Translations under genes and position numbers: made by a program | Notes under the pieces: model-generated | Database searches by the model: none | Told to the model about the DNA's origin: nothing | The model's input: only the letters and a program-made list of their open reading frames with translations | Shown here: piece after piece, positions 38,439 through 49,339 of the stretch | Numbering within the stretch: the first letter of the stretch is position 1 | Layout of the letters: each line of letters starts with the position of its first letter | Source: an uncultured Bacilli bacterium | GTDB lineage: Bacteria; Bacillota_I; Bacilli_A; RF39; UBA660 | Length of the DNA stretch: 64,000 bases | Assembly (NCBI GenBank): GCA_944363635.1 | Contig: CALVUP010000001.1 | Span: 16,235 to 80,234 of the forward strand | Reading direction: 5' to 3'

Positions 38439-39599
38439 ATGAAGAAGGAATTTAAATATTTAGATAAAACATTATTATTTACTACAATTCTATTATTCAT
38501 TGTAGGTTTAATCATGGTCTTTTCTTCTTCTAATATTACAGCGTATATGAAGCAAGGAGATAGTCCTTATACTTATTTTATCAGACAATTGCTCTTTTTA
38601 ATAGTTGGTGCTATTGGTTCTATAATTATTATTAAAATAGATACTAAATTTTATAAAAAAATATCCTTTCTAGTCTTAATTGTATTAACGATTGTATTAG
38701 GGATCATTTTAATCAATGGAAAAGTAACCAATGGAGCCAGTAGTTGGATTTATATAGGACCTTTTAGTTTTCAACCAAGTGAATTTATTAAAGCATTTGC
38801 TATTATATGGATGAGTTGTTATTATGAATTCAAATCCAAAAAATTAAATCGATGGGGAACTGTTATTTATCCTTTAGTGATTGTAGCTGTTGGCGTCCTA
38901 CTCATTTTTTTACAACCGGATTTGGGAACTTTAATTATTTATTTAGCTGGTATTGCTGTTGTTGTTTTACTCGCACCGATTCATAAGAAAATTAAAACCA
39001 TTTTAATTTTTGTTGCTCTTCTTGTAGTTCTTTTGGGAGGAATCGTTTTGTTTTCTTCTTCGGATAGTCTTTTAACGGCAGAACAAAGAGGAAGATTTGA
39101 TTATTTAAATCCTTGTAGTAAATTTTTGACAACGGGAAATCAAGTATGTAATGGATATATTGCTATCAATAATGGAAAATTATTTGGATTAGGGCTTGGA
39201 AAAAGCACACAAAAATATTTATATCTTCCAGAACCTTATACAGATTTTATTTTTGCTATTGTTATGGAGGAATTAGGACTTATTTTTTCCGTTTTGATTT
39301 TATTTGCTATGATGATTGTGATCTGGCGGATTTTATTAATTGGAAAGCGAAGTTTTACAATTCGTGGTGCCTTGATTTGTTATGGTTTTGCGACAATTAT
39401 ATTCATGCATATATTAGTGAATTTAGGAGGATTATTTGGATTAATTCCTCTAACAGGAGTACCTCTTCCATTTATTAGTTATGGAGGTAGTTTTACGCTT
39501 ACTTTGATTGGTATGATAAGCATCGTACAAAGGATTAACATTGAAACAAGGGAAAAAGAAGAAAAAATAAAAAAAATTAAGGAAAAAAGAGAAAACTAG
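38439..39599 (+). CDS. FtsW/RodA/SpoVE (SEDS) family protein
   Basis: Multi-TM. 'GASSWIYIGPFSFQPSEFIK', 'YLPEPYTDFIFAIVMEELG' and 'GVPLPFISYGGS' SEDS motifs. Confidence 0.8.
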   Translation: MKKEFKYLDKTLLFTTILLFIVGLIMVFSSSNITAYMKQGDSPYTYFIRQLLFLIVGAIGSIIIIKIDTKFYKKISFLVLIVLTIVLGIILINGKVTNGASSWIYIGPFSFQPSEFIKAFAIIWMSCYYEFKSKKLNRWGTVIYPLVIVAVGVLLIFLQPDLGTLIIYLAGIAVVVLLAPIHKKIKTILIFVALLVVLLGGIVLFSSSDSLLTAEQRGRFDYLNPCSKFLTTGNQVCNGYIAINNGKLFGLGLGKSTQKYLYLPEPYTDFIFAIVMEELGLIFSVLILFAMMIVIWRILLIGKRSFTIRGALICYGFATIIFMHILVNLGGLFGLIPLTGVPLPFISYGGSFTLTLIGMISIVQRINIETREKEEKIKKIKEKREN

Positions 39600-39629
39600 G
39601 AAATAATCTCTATAGGAGGTTATTTTTTT

Positions 39630-40316
39630 ATGGATGACAATTTATTGAAAAAGAAAATAATAGTTGGACTTGGTATTTTCATTGTATTATGTGTTGGTGT
39701 TTCTTTTTTCTATTCTTATTATAAGAATATGAAAGAAGAAACAAAAGAGATTATTGAGTCTCCTTTAGAAGAAATCAAAGTAGAAAAAACAGCAAAAAGT
39801 GAGGAGGAGACAATCAAGGTCGATATTAAGGGTGAAGTCAAAAAACCAAACATTTATAATGCAACAGCGGAGGAGAGAGTGATTGATATTATTGAAAAAG
39901 CAGGTGGTCTTACTAAAAATGCGGATACTTCTATATTAAATTTAAGCAAAAAAGTAAAAGATGAAATGGTTATTATTATCTATAGCAAAGAAGAAATCAA
40001 GGAATATGAAAAAACCAAAGAAAAACAAGAGCAAACTTTAGAAATATGCACGAATGATGAAATAAAAAATGATGCGTGTCTTGATTCTTCAGAAACCACC
40101 ACAGATCAAGAACAATCACCAACAGGATTAATCAATATTAATACCGCGACAAAAGAACAATTACAGACACTGCCTCGAATTGGACAAAGCAAAGCGGAAG
40201 AGATCATCCGTTATCGTGAAGAAAATGGTCCTTTTGAGAAAGTAGAAGATATTAAAAATGTAAGTGGAATAGGTGAGAGTATCTTTGATCAAATTAAGGA
40301 TTCTATTACTATCTAA
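39630..40316 (+). CDS. comEA: competence protein ComEA (HhH DNA-binding)
   Basis: N-terminal TM, SLBB-like region, C-terminal 'INTATKEQLQTLPRIGQSKAEEIIRYREENGPFEKVEDIKNVSGIG'. Confidence 0.75.
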   Translation: MDDNLLKKKIIVGLGIFIVLCVGVSFFYSYYKNMKEETKEIIESPLEEIKVEKTAKSEEETIKVDIKGEVKKPNIYNATAEERVIDIIEKAGGLTKNADTSILNLSKKVKDEMVIIIYSKEEIKEYEKTKEKQEQTLEICTNDEIKNDACLDSSETTTDQEQSPTGLININTATKEQLQTLPRIGQSKAEEIIRYREENGPFEKVEDIKNVSGIGESIFDQIKDSITI

Positions 40317-42345
40317 TTCATTTTACTTTTTTCTTTGTTTCTTAACTTGTATTTATGTTTGTATTCATATTTTTTGTCTTCAAAAAGAAACGCAAATCGA
40401 TCCAAAAACAACACAACTCTCTGGAACCATTCAATCCATTTCTTATAAAGAAGATCAAGTAAAATTAAAAATAAAAGTAAAAAAAGAATATGTAATTGGC
40501 TATATAAAAAAAGAACTTTTTCATTATGAATTACATGATTGTATTCAAGCCACTGGAACCCTAGAAATACCAAGTAACAATACAATGAAAAATTTATTTA
40601 ATTATAAAAAATATTTATATTACAATAATACTTTTTACACCATGGAAATAAAGAATTTAAAGTTAATTTCCAAAAATCAGAATCCATTTTATAAAATAAA
40701 AGCGTGGCTGATTCAAAAGATGGAAACTTACAAAAGTCGCGCTTATTTGAAATTGTTTTTATTAGGTACAACGGACGAGTTGGATAAAGATGTATATAAA
40801 TCTTTTCAAGAAAATGGGATTTCTCATTTGTTTAGCGTATCAGGAATGCATGTTTCTTTATTAGCAGGCGTTTTGCTTTTTTTCTTAAAAAAATTAAAAG
40901 TAAAAGAAGATAAGCGGTATATTGTTGTGTTTTTCTTTCTCCTTTTTTATTTGTTTTTAACAAATTATTTAGCGCCCATTTTAAGAAGTGTTGTCTTTTT
41001 TATTTTTGTGTGTATAAATAAACGATATGATTTCCATATAAAAGCCATTCATTTATTACTCATGACTTTATGTGTTTGTTTACTGATCGATCCTTATTAT
41101 TTATTTAATATTGGTTTTTTGTTTTCCTTTGTGATTACGTTTTATTTAATGTTTTTTTCTAAACAGCTCAATACTAAAAGTAAACTCAAAAATTTGCTTC
41201 TTGTTTCTTTTGTCTCTTTCTTTGCAGGACTTCCGATTAGTTTGTATAATTTTTTTAGTATCAATGTACTTAGTATATTGTATAATTTATTTTTTGTGCC
41301 TTTTGTATCTATTCTTGTTTTTCCATTTTCTCTACTTACCTTTGTTTTTCCTTTTTTAGATTCTATTCTTTTTGCTTTAACGAAACTATTGGAGGCGATC
41401 TCTCTTTTTGTAGATCAAATCGATCTTTTAAAACTTAGTTTTTCGAAACCGAGTTTGTGGATAGTCTTGTTCTATTATGCATGCATTTCTTTTTCTTTAT
41501 ATAAATTCTTTCTAAAAGATAGGAAATATTTATATCTTTTTCTTTTGGTTCTTACCTTTCATTATTATGATACTTTCTTTTTTAAAAACAAATATATGGT
41601 GCTGCTTGATGTAGGACAAGGAGATAGTATTTTGCTTCATGCGCACACAGAAAATATATTAGTTGATACTGGTGGAAAAATAACGACCAATAAAGATTCT
41701 TATTTAGCCAACAATTTGATTTCCTATTTTAAATCTTTAGGAATTAAACATTTGGATTATTTAATATTGACACATGGAGATTATGATCATATGGGAGAAG
41801 CTATGAATCTTGTCAATCGTTTTCCTGTCCATAACGTTTTATTTAATAACAATGCTTATAATAAAAACGAACAACAGTTAATAGAAGTATTAAAGAAAAA
41901 GAAAATATCATATGCAAAATTTAAGGAGGGAAGTCAACTTTCTTTAAAAGAAATGCAAATTTATTCTATTAATAAAGCATTTTCAAATGAAAATGAAAGT
42001 AGCTTGGTGCTTTATGTAAAAATAGGTTCTTATACAATTTTATTAACAGGAGACGCCTCTATTACAAGCGAGGACTATTTTGTGAATAACTATCAATTAT
42101 ACCCAGATATTTTAAAGCTAGGACATCATGGAGCAAGAACATCCACATCAACTTTTCTATTGGATTCAACAAAACCTCGCCTTGCATTAATATCTTGTGG
42201 ACTTGATAATAAGTATAAACATCCGCATAAAGAAGTACTTGATCGCCTGAAACAATATCAAATTCCTTATTTATCCACAAGTGAAGTTGGCAGTATCAAA
42301 ATCAATTTTACACAAGGAGGAACCATAGAAACTTCTCCTGCATAA
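40273..42345 (+). CDS. comEC: DNA internalization competence protein ComEC/Rec2
   Basis: Polytopic competence domain plus C-terminal metallo-beta-lactamase ('VGQGDSILL...HGDYDH...LGHHGA'). Exact start uncertain. Confidence 0.75.
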   Translation: MRVSLIKLRILLLSNSFYFFLCFLTCIYVCIHIFCLQKETQIDPKTTQLSGTIQSISYKEDQVKLKIKVKKEYVIGYIKKELFHYELHDCIQATGTLEIPSNNTMKNLFNYKKYLYYNNTFYTMEIKNLKLISKNQNPFYKIKAWLIQKMETYKSRAYLKLFLLGTTDELDKDVYKSFQENGISHLFSVSGMHVSLLAGVLLFFLKKLKVKEDKRYIVVFFFLLFYLFLTNYLAPILRSVVFFIFVCINKRYDFHIKAIHLLLMTLCVCLLIDPYYLFNIGFLFSFVITFYLMFFSKQLNTKSKLKNLLLVSFVSFFAGLPISLYNFFSINVLSILYNLFFVPFVSILVFPFSLLTFVFPFLDSILFALTKLLEAISLFVDQIDLLKLSFSKPSLWIVLFYYACISFSLYKFFLKDRKYLYLFLLVLTFHYYDTFFFKNKYMVLLDVGQGDSILLHAHTENILVDTGGKITTNKDSYLANNLISYFKSLGIKHLDYLILTHGDYDHMGEAMNLVNRFPVHNVLFNNNAYNKNEQQLIEVLKKKKISYAKFKEGSQLSLKEMQIYSINKAFSNENESSLVLYVKIGSYTILLTGDASITSEDYFVNNYQLYPDILKLGHHGARTSTSTFLLDSTKPRLALISCGLDNKYKHPHKEVLDRLKQYQIPYLSTSEVGSIKINFTQGGTIETSPA

Positions 42346-42458
42346 GATATAGTAACACTGATATTGGTGTTTAGAATAAATGGGAAGTAGGGGATCTACT
42401 TCCTTTTGTTTGCTTCTCTTTTTTATCTATGGTATACTTTTCTTAGGATGGTGATTCC

Positions 42459-44459
42459 ATGTTAGGATTTAATTTCAACAAACAAAAACCAGACGTATCA
42501 CAAGATATGAAGATTGTAAATAATATGAGAGCCTTAGGAATTGATATGATTCATGAGGCTAAAAGTGGGCATCCAGGAATTGTTTTAGGTGCGGCACCTA
42601 TTGTATATACGGTATATGCAAAGCATTTAAAATTTAATCCAAGTGATGAAAAATGGGTCAATCGTGATCGATTTGTTTTATCAGCTGGACATGGTTCGGC
42701 TTTATTATATGCGAATTTATATATGGCTGGATTTGATTTATCGATAGAGGACTTAAAACAATTTCGAAAAATTGATTCTAAAACGCCAGGGCATCCAGAA
42801 CTTGGTATGACGCCAGGAGTGGATTGTTCCACAGGTCCTTTAGGACAAGGAGTTGCAAATGCGGTAGGAATGGCAATAGGGGAAGCTTATTTAAATAAAT
42901 TGTATGCTAAAGAGAAATTAATTGATTTTTATACATACTGTTTATGTGGAGATGGGGATCTCATGGAAGGGATTAGTTATGAAGCAACTTCACTAGCAGG
43001 TAAATTAAAATTAAATAAATTGATTCTGCTTTACGATTGCAATCAAGTTTGTTTAGACGGATATACTAAAGATACTTTTATAGATGATATCAAGATGCGT
43101 TTTTCATCAATCAACTTTAATGTTTTGGAAAGTGATGATGATGTTTCTAATATTGATGCCGCTATTACAAAAGCAAAAGAGCAAACGGAAAAACCTTCGA
43201 TTATTATTGTTCATACAACCATTGGAAAGTATTCAAAATATGAAGGAACCAATAAAGTGCATGGTAGTGACTTAGAAGAAGAGGATATTAAGCAAATTGA
43301 TGAAAAATTAAATGTAAGAAATACACCATTTAGTGTATCAGATGAGGCCGTTCATTTATATAGAGAGCAAATTGAAACTAGAAATAAACCGTTGTATAAA
43401 GATTATATGAATAAAATCAAAAAATTAAGTGACGAAGAACAAGAAGAGTTAGAAGCACTAAAGAATGGGGATACAAAAATCATATTTAAAGATTTTGGAT
43501 ATGATTATCCAGAAGAAAAAATGGAATCTACAAGAGAAGCTTCTGGAAAAGTTTTAAATGGCTTAGCTTCTACTTCAAAATTTTTAATTGGAGGAAGTGC
43601 CGATTTATCAAGTTCTAATAAAACCTATTTAAAAGAGTTTGATAAATTTAATCGAGAAAATTATTTAGGAAAAAATATTTTTTATGGTGTTCGAGAACAC
43701 GCTATGGGAGCAATCAGTAATGGCCTTGCTTTGGTTGGATTAAAACCTTTTGCTTCTACTTTTTTATCCTTTAGTGATTATTTAAAACCAGCTATTCGTA
43801 TGAGTGCTATGATGCATCTTCCTGTTACTTATATCTTTACTCATGATTCAATTACAGTAGGAGAAGACGGAAAAACACATCAACCTGTGGAACAATTGAT
43901 CTCTTTAAGATCCATTCCTGATTTTGAAGTCTTTCGACCAGCGGATAGCAATGAAGTAATTGGTACTTATAAAACCATATTTCAAAATCCAAGTGCTATT
44001 GTCTTAAGTAGAAATAAAACAGCAATACTAGAAAACACAAGTATTAATGAAGTTCGTAAAGGCGCTTATATTTTAGAAAAGGAAGTTGCCCCTTTGCAAG
44101 GAATTATCATTGCATCAGGAGAAGAAGTAGAACTAGCAACAAAAGTTGTAGAATACTTCAAAAATAAAAACATTGGAATGCGCTTAGTTAGTATGCCTTG
44201 TATAGAACGTTTCTTAAAAAATGACCAAACCTATCAAGAACAAATATTACCACCAGAGGTAAACCGATTTATCATCGAAAGAAGTTCTTCTTATTCTTGG
44301 TATCGATTTGAAAACAAGCAGGAGCATTTATTTACTGTAGATCATTTTGGATATTCAGGAAGTAAAGAAGAAATTGATAAAAAAACGCATTTTGAAGTGG
44401 AAGAGATTACAAGTAAAATTGAGATGATGTTAAAGGAAGAATCAAATTCTAAAAAATAA
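42459..44459 (+). CDS. tkt: transketolase
   Basis: 'AKSGHPGIVLGAAPIVYTVY', 'GDGDLMEGISYEA' and 'THDSITVGEDGKTHQPVE'. Confidence 0.9.
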   Translation: MLGFNFNKQKPDVSQDMKIVNNMRALGIDMIHEAKSGHPGIVLGAAPIVYTVYAKHLKFNPSDEKWVNRDRFVLSAGHGSALLYANLYMAGFDLSIEDLKQFRKIDSKTPGHPELGMTPGVDCSTGPLGQGVANAVGMAIGEAYLNKLYAKEKLIDFYTYCLCGDGDLMEGISYEATSLAGKLKLNKLILLYDCNQVCLDGYTKDTFIDDIKMRFSSINFNVLESDDDVSNIDAAITKAKEQTEKPSIIIVHTTIGKYSKYEGTNKVHGSDLEEEDIKQIDEKLNVRNTPFSVSDEAVHLYREQIETRNKPLYKDYMNKIKKLSDEEQEELEALKNGDTKIIFKDFGYDYPEEKMESTREASGKVLNGLASTSKFLIGGSADLSSSNKTYLKEFDKFNRENYLGKNIFYGVREHAMGAISNGLALVGLKPFASTFLSFSDYLKPAIRMSAMMHLPVTYIFTHDSITVGEDGKTHQPVEQLISLRSIPDFEVFRPADSNEVIGTYKTIFQNPSAIVLSRNKTAILENTSINEVRKGAYILEKEVAPLQGIIIASGEEVELATKVVEYFKNKNIGMRLVSMPCIERFLKNDQTYQEQILPPEVNRFIIERSSSYSWYRFENKQEHLFTVDHFGYSGSKEEIDKKTHFEVEEITSKIEMMLKEESNSKK

Positions 44460-44514
44460 GAATTGACATAAAATAAAAAGAAAGATAAACTAAGAATAGA
44501 ATAGGAGTGAAAAT

Positions 44515-45393
44515 ATGAATTGTCCAAATTGTGGAACCCAAAATAGCGAAGGAGCTAAGTTTTGTATTGGATGTGGAAGTCCATTAGAACAAACACAAAC
44601 AAACAATCAAAACATGAACCAAATGGCACAAACAACGATGCCAAACCAAAATCAAAACATGCAAACAACTATGTCAAATCAAAATCAACAACCTATATAT
44701 AATAATACGGGAATGTATAACAATGGTAGAATTACAGGCTATATACAAGGATTTAATCCATTTTTGTTTTTAGTACAAGCATTTTTAAAACCAGTAAAAT
44801 GTTTTAAAGAAAAGGCCAGTGATATCATCGAACCTAAAAATTCTCTTGTATTAGGTGCGATTGTTACAGTTCTTTCTGTAATTTTATCATTGATTAGTAA
44901 AATACTTTCTACAGTTCATGTAAGTAGCATTTATAGTGAAACTTCTTGGAACTGGGAAGCACTCAATGATTTTCCATGGTTTAAAACCATTGGTAAAGAT
45001 TTTCTATTAATTGCTGGAATTATTTTCGGAGTTGCCTTGATTTTCTATTTAGCAGGATTGATTTTAAAGAAGGATACCAATTATTTAAAGATGGTTTCTA
45101 TAGCATCTGTTGCTTTTATTCCAACATCCTTAGGTTTATATCTATTAGGGCCAATTTTAGGTATGCTATGGTACCAATTTGAAATTATTTTTCCAATCAT
45201 CGGTATATGTTATAGTATTGTTATTCTATCAATTTTAGTAAATACAGAAATACAATTAGAAAAAGATCAAAAGATTTATTTCAACTTTATATGTTATGCA
45301 ATTATCTTTGTAATTTTATATTTCGTTATTTATCAAATGACAATAGGATCAGCTATAAATCAAATAAACAGTTCTTATTCGAGTATGTTTTAG
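44515..45393 (+). CDS. zinc-ribbon protein with Q/N-rich linker and polytopic membrane domain
   Basis: 'CPNCGTQNSEGAKFCIGCGSPL', then a Q/N/M-rich segment, then about four TM helices. Confidence 0.5.
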   Translation: MNCPNCGTQNSEGAKFCIGCGSPLEQTQTNNQNMNQMAQTTMPNQNQNMQTTMSNQNQQPIYNNTGMYNNGRITGYIQGFNPFLFLVQAFLKPVKCFKEKASDIIEPKNSLVLGAIVTVLSVILSLISKILSTVHVSSIYSETSWNWEALNDFPWFKTIGKDFLLIAGIIFGVALIFYLAGLILKKDTNYLKMVSIASVAFIPTSLGLYLLGPILGMLWYQFEIIFPIIGICYSIVILSILVNTEIQLEKDQKIYFNFICYAIIFVILYFVIYQMTIGSAINQINSSYSSMF

Positions 45394-45478
45394 AAAAAGA
45401 AAAGAAAATATTTCTTTCTTTTTTTTGTATTTTTAAATAATCAAAGAAGAAAAAACATAAGATAAATTGGTGATCCTT

Positions 45479-47401
45479 ATGTTTTTTAAACGAATTGATG
45501 CAAGAATTAAAGTGATTTTATTAATTTTAATTTTACTTTTTATTTTTATTATTGCTCGCGTTTTTTATGTACAAGTTTTTGAGTATGATAAACTGAGTGA
45601 GCTCGCAAGTGATCTATGGAGTAGGGAGTTACCGATTGCGGCCGATCGTGGAAAAATTTTAGATCGCAATGGGAAAGTACTTGCGGATAATTTAACAACG
45701 ACTTCCCTTGTTTTAATTCCAAATCAAATCAAAGATAAAGATTCCACCTCCCAAAAACTAGCGGATATTTTAGGTGTGAGTAAAGAGGAAATGGATAAAC
45801 ATGTCTTTAAAGAGACTTCTATTGAAAGAGTGCACCCAGAAGGAAGAAGATTATCTTATGAAATCGCAGACAAAATCAGTGATTTAAATTTAGATGGGGT
45901 TTATTTAGTAAAAGAATCGCAAAGATATTATCCGTATGGAGATTTTTTGTCACATGTTCTGGGATATGTAGGAATTGATAATCAAGGGTTATCTGGTATT
46001 GAGCTTGAATATGATGATTTATTAACAGGGGAAGATGGTGCGATTCAATATTTTTCCGACGCAAAGGGAAATAAGTTAGAACTTTCAGATATTTATGAAG
46101 CACCGACACCTGGTATGGATATTCAGTTAACCATTGATTATGATATTCAAAAATCATTAGAAAGAGAAATGGATAATATTGAAGAAATGTTTTCGCCAGA
46201 TATGGCTCTTGCTGTAGTCATTGATCCTAATAATGGAGAAATTTTGGGTATGAGTTCTACACCAGATTATGATCCAAATAATTATCAAGACTATGATATG
46301 GAAACATTAAGTCGAAACTTACCTATTTGGGCAAGTTATGAACCTGGATCGACTTTCAAAATTATTACAACGGCCTCTGCTGTAAATGAAGGAGTAGTTG
46401 ATTTAGCAAAAGATACATTTTATGACAGTGGAAAAGTCAAAGTATCAGGAGCAACAATTAAATGTTGGAAAGCAGGAGGACATGGACAACAGACTTTCTT
46501 GCAAGTGTTACAAAACTCTTGTAATCCAGGATTTGTAAAATTAGGACAATTGTTAGGAAAAGAAACTCTGTTTGGTTATATTGATAAATTTGGTTTTGGT
46601 GAAAAAACAGGTATTGATTTAAATGGAGAAGGGAAAGGAATTATCTTTGATTTAGACGATGTAAAAGATTTAGAACTTGTAACGACAGCTTTTGGTCAAG
46701 GTGTAAGTGTTACTCCAATTCAACAAGTGGCTGCTGTATCAGCTGTTGTGAATGGAGGAACATTATATCAACCTTATATTGTAAAAAACATCATTGAATC
46801 TTCTTCCAATTCGGTTGTTTATACCAAACAACCAACAATTAAAAACGAAAATATTATTAGTGAAGAGACCTCTGCAACGATGCGTTATGCGTTAGAAACA
46901 GTTGTTGCTCTGGGTGGAGGAAGAAGTGCCTATATTGATGGGTATCGAATAGGTGGAAAAACAGGAACAGCTCAAAAAGTAAAAGACGGTGAATATTTAG
47001 TAAATAACTATATTATGTCTTTTGTAGGAATTGTTCCTTCCAATGATCCTGAAGCTATATTATATATTGCTATTGATAACCCTAAAAAAACAGCTTTACT
47101 ATCTAGTTATACAACGACACCAATTGCTAGAAGGATTCTCTTAGATATTATTGATGCCTTAGACATTGAAAAGCAAGAAGGCGCTATTGAAAAAGACTAC
47201 GAATGGAATGATGATGTTTATGTTGAAGTACCAAATGTAATAGGTAAGAAAGTAGATGAGGCAAAAAAGATTTTAGAAGATTTTGAAATTGAATATAGTG
47301 GTAATGGAGATTATGTTGTTGAACAATCGCCATCGGCTAAAGAAAGAATTCCAAAAGGAGCTACTGTACGACTCATGTTAGGCAGTAAACAAAAAGAATA
47401 A
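45479..47401 (+). CDS. class B penicillin-binding protein (PBP2B/SpoVD-like) with C-terminal PASTA
   Basis: 'SxxK' (STFK), SxN and KTGT motifs. PASTA 'VPNVIGKKVDEAKKILEDFEIEY'. Start ATG 45479; the track's TTG extension was rejected. Confidence 0.85.
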   Translation: MFFKRIDARIKVILLILILLFIFIIARVFYVQVFEYDKLSELASDLWSRELPIAADRGKILDRNGKVLADNLTTTSLVLIPNQIKDKDSTSQKLADILGVSKEEMDKHVFKETSIERVHPEGRRLSYEIADKISDLNLDGVYLVKESQRYYPYGDFLSHVLGYVGIDNQGLSGIELEYDDLLTGEDGAIQYFSDAKGNKLELSDIYEAPTPGMDIQLTIDYDIQKSLEREMDNIEEMFSPDMALAVVIDPNNGEILGMSSTPDYDPNNYQDYDMETLSRNLPIWASYEPGSTFKIITTASAVNEGVVDLAKDTFYDSGKVKVSGATIKCWKAGGHGQQTFLQVLQNSCNPGFVKLGQLLGKETLFGYIDKFGFGEKTGIDLNGEGKGIIFDLDDVKDLELVTTAFGQGVSVTPIQQVAAVSAVVNGGTLYQPYIVKNIIESSSNSVVYTKQPTIKNENIISEETSATMRYALETVVALGGGRSAYIDGYRIGGKTGTAQKVKDGEYLVNNYIMSFVGIVPSNDPEAILYIAIDNPKKTALLSSYTTTPIARRILLDIIDALDIEKQEGAIEKDYEWNDDVYVEVPNVIGKKVDEAKKILEDFEIEYSGNGDYVVEQSPSAKERIPKGATVRLMLGSKQKE

Positions 47402-47505
47402 TGTAAATGAATTGTAAAATTTTATAAATTAAATGTTTTAAAGTTGATAAAGAGAAATATCTTTGATAAGCTTATATTATAAATAGAGAGTTAGAGGAGA
47501 GTTAT

Positions 47506-48423
47506 ATGAATAATAATGAAAATAACAATTTTATGAATATTCAACCACAAGATAATAACAACGGAGGATCTGTGCCTCCAGTAGATCCAAATGCAGGTAT
47601 GCCACAAATGGAGCAACCAACAAACCCAGTTCCAGACATGAATCAAAATATGGGAATGCCACAAATGGAGCAATCAACAAACCCAGTTCCAGACATGAAT
47701 CAAAATATGGGAATGCCACAAATGGAGCAACCAACAAACCCAGTTCCAGACATGAATCAAAATATGGGAATGCCACAAATGGAACAACCAGCAAATCCAG
47801 TTCCAGACATGAATCAAAACATGGGAATGCCACAGATGGAACAACCAGCAAATCCAGTTCCAGATATGAATCAGAACATGGGAACGGTTCCACCAATGGG
47901 CCAACCAATGAATCAAATGCCAAATATGAATCAAAATATGGGAACGGTTCCACCTCTTGGTGGGGGATTTAATAAGAAACCAAGTTTTATGAGTAAATAT
48001 GGAAAATTTATCTTTATAGGTTTAATTATAATTGCTATTGCAGCTATTGCTTATTTAGTATTTGGTGGAAAAAAGTTAACTTGTACAATGTCAGATAGTT
48101 CTTTAGGAATTGAAATATCAGGTACAGCAACATTTAAATTTTCTGGAAACACTGCAAAATCTGTTTCTATGGTTATGAAAATGGAACTTCCAGAATTATA
48201 TCAAGATCAAATGGATGCCTTAGTTGAAGAATTAGAATCTCAATATGAAGAAGCAAGAGAAGAAGGTGTCGATGTAAAAGTAACTTCAACCGATTCAACC
48301 ATTACTGTAACAGCAAATGCTAAAAATGATCAATTTAGTTTGATTGATATGGGTAATAGTAGTGATAATTCTTATGATGCTGTAAAAAAGGCTATGGAAG
48401 CAGAAGGATTTACATGTGAATAA
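47506..48423 (+). CDS. membrane protein with N-terminal 19-aa tandem repeats (P/M/Q/N-rich), one TM helix and a C-terminal extracytoplasmic domain
   Basis: Five copies of 'MPQMEQPTNPVPDMNQNMG' plus a degenerate sixth, then TM 'FIFIGLIIIAIAAIAYLVFGG'. Confidence 0.55.
   Translation: MNNNENNNFMNIQPQDNNNGGSVPPVDPNAGMPQMEQPTNPVPDMNQNMGMPQMEQSTNPVPDMNQNMGMPQMEQPTNPVPDMNQNMGMPQMEQPANPVPDMNQNMGMPQMEQPANPVPDMNQNMGTVPPMGQPMNQMPNMNQNMGTVPPLGGGFNKKPSFMSKYGKFIFIGLIIIAIAAIAYLVFGGKKLTCTMSDSSLGIEISGTATFKFSGNTAKSVSMVMKMELPELYQDQMDALVEELESQYEEAREEGVDVKVTSTDSTITVTANAKNDQFSLIDMGNSSDNSYDAVKKAMEAEGFTCE
47601..47885 (+). repeat. 5 x 57-bp near-perfect tandem repeat inside CDS 47506-48423
   Basis: Unit 'gccacaaatggagcaaccaacaaacccagttccagacatgaatcaaaatatgggaat'. 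Units 1-3 near-identical, 4-5 with a few substitutions, then a degenerate copy to about 47960. Confidence 0.85.
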
Positions 48424-48486
48424 GGAGAGTAAAATCTCCTTTTTTTAATACTTGATTTATGTTATAATGAATATGGAGGATAGAAA

Positions 48487-48960
48487 ATGAATACAGATAG
48501 AAAAGTAGAAAGTGTTAGAAAGATTGATCAAGCCAAAGCAGAAAGTTTTAAAAACAATCAATCTTTATTTAGAAATTATATGAAGGGGCTTTCTAAAAAA
48601 GTGAATAAACCACTTGTTAAAATTGCTAATGTATACGTACCATTTTCTTTAGGTACGATTGCAACAGCAGCAGGTTGCAGTTTTCTTGCTTATAATAATG
48701 ATGAAATGACATTACATGAAATGCTAAATATGATTGGTCAGACCGTAGCCATCAATGCAGCGGGTGCTTTAGGATTGACACTTGCTACCATAACAGCTGT
48801 AAGTGCTACAGAAAGTATTAAGTTTATAAACGGCTATACAAAATATCCAAAAAATATAGAGCAATTAAAACGTTTAGGTGTTTATAATCAATTGCAAGAA
48901 AAGAAAGCTTCCTTAGAAACAAAACAAGAAGTCAGTCATTCTAAGGGAGGTCATAAATAA
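48487..48960 (+). CDS. hypothetical protein
   Basis: GGAGG RBS. One hydrophobic segment. No motif. Confidence 0.4.
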   Translation: MNTDRKVESVRKIDQAKAESFKNNQSLFRNYMKGLSKKVNKPLVKIANVYVPFSLGTIATAAGCSFLAYNNDEMTLHEMLNMIGQTVAINAAGALGLTLATITAVSATESIKFINGYTKYPKNIEQLKRLGVYNQLQEKKASLETKQEVSHSKGGHK

Positions 48961-49196
48961 TGAAATATGAAGGACTCGTTTTTACTTTAGATGACGGTAA
49001 GGATTATATGGTTATTGAAACGGTTGAAATCGATGGAGATATTTATGCATATTTTACAAACGAGCACAATGAAGTTGATTCTTTTTTTGGAAAAATAACC
49101 AATAAGGATTATGATTTGCATATTGAAAATATTTCTTCTGAAGAATTTAGTGATAAAGTATTACCTGGTTTTATTGCAAAAAATTATGGTAATTAG
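48960..49196 (+). CDS. small hypothetical protein
   Basis: GGAGG RBS, overlapping the upstream stop. 78 aa. Confidence 0.35.
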   Translation: MKYEGLVFTLDDGKDYMVIETVEIDGDIYAYFTNEHNEVDSFFGKITNKDYDLHIENISSEEFSDKVLPGFIAKNYGN

Positions 49197-49339
49197 AATT
49201 ATGAAAAACAAAGAATTTTTTCTTTGCTTTTTTTTGACCAAAAATGTAAATGTTTGTATAATTTTGACAAATTAAAAGAAATTAATATTAAAATTATAGA
49301 ATTTATAGTATAATTTATTAACAGAAAAGAGGTTTTTAT

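Noticed and set aside
47531-47953. Minus-strand ORFs (140 aa and 86 aa) spanning the 57-bp tandem repeats
   Set aside because: Periodic repeat DNA gives open frames on the opposite strand. They have no RBS or start context and lie fully within a well-supported plus-strand gene.
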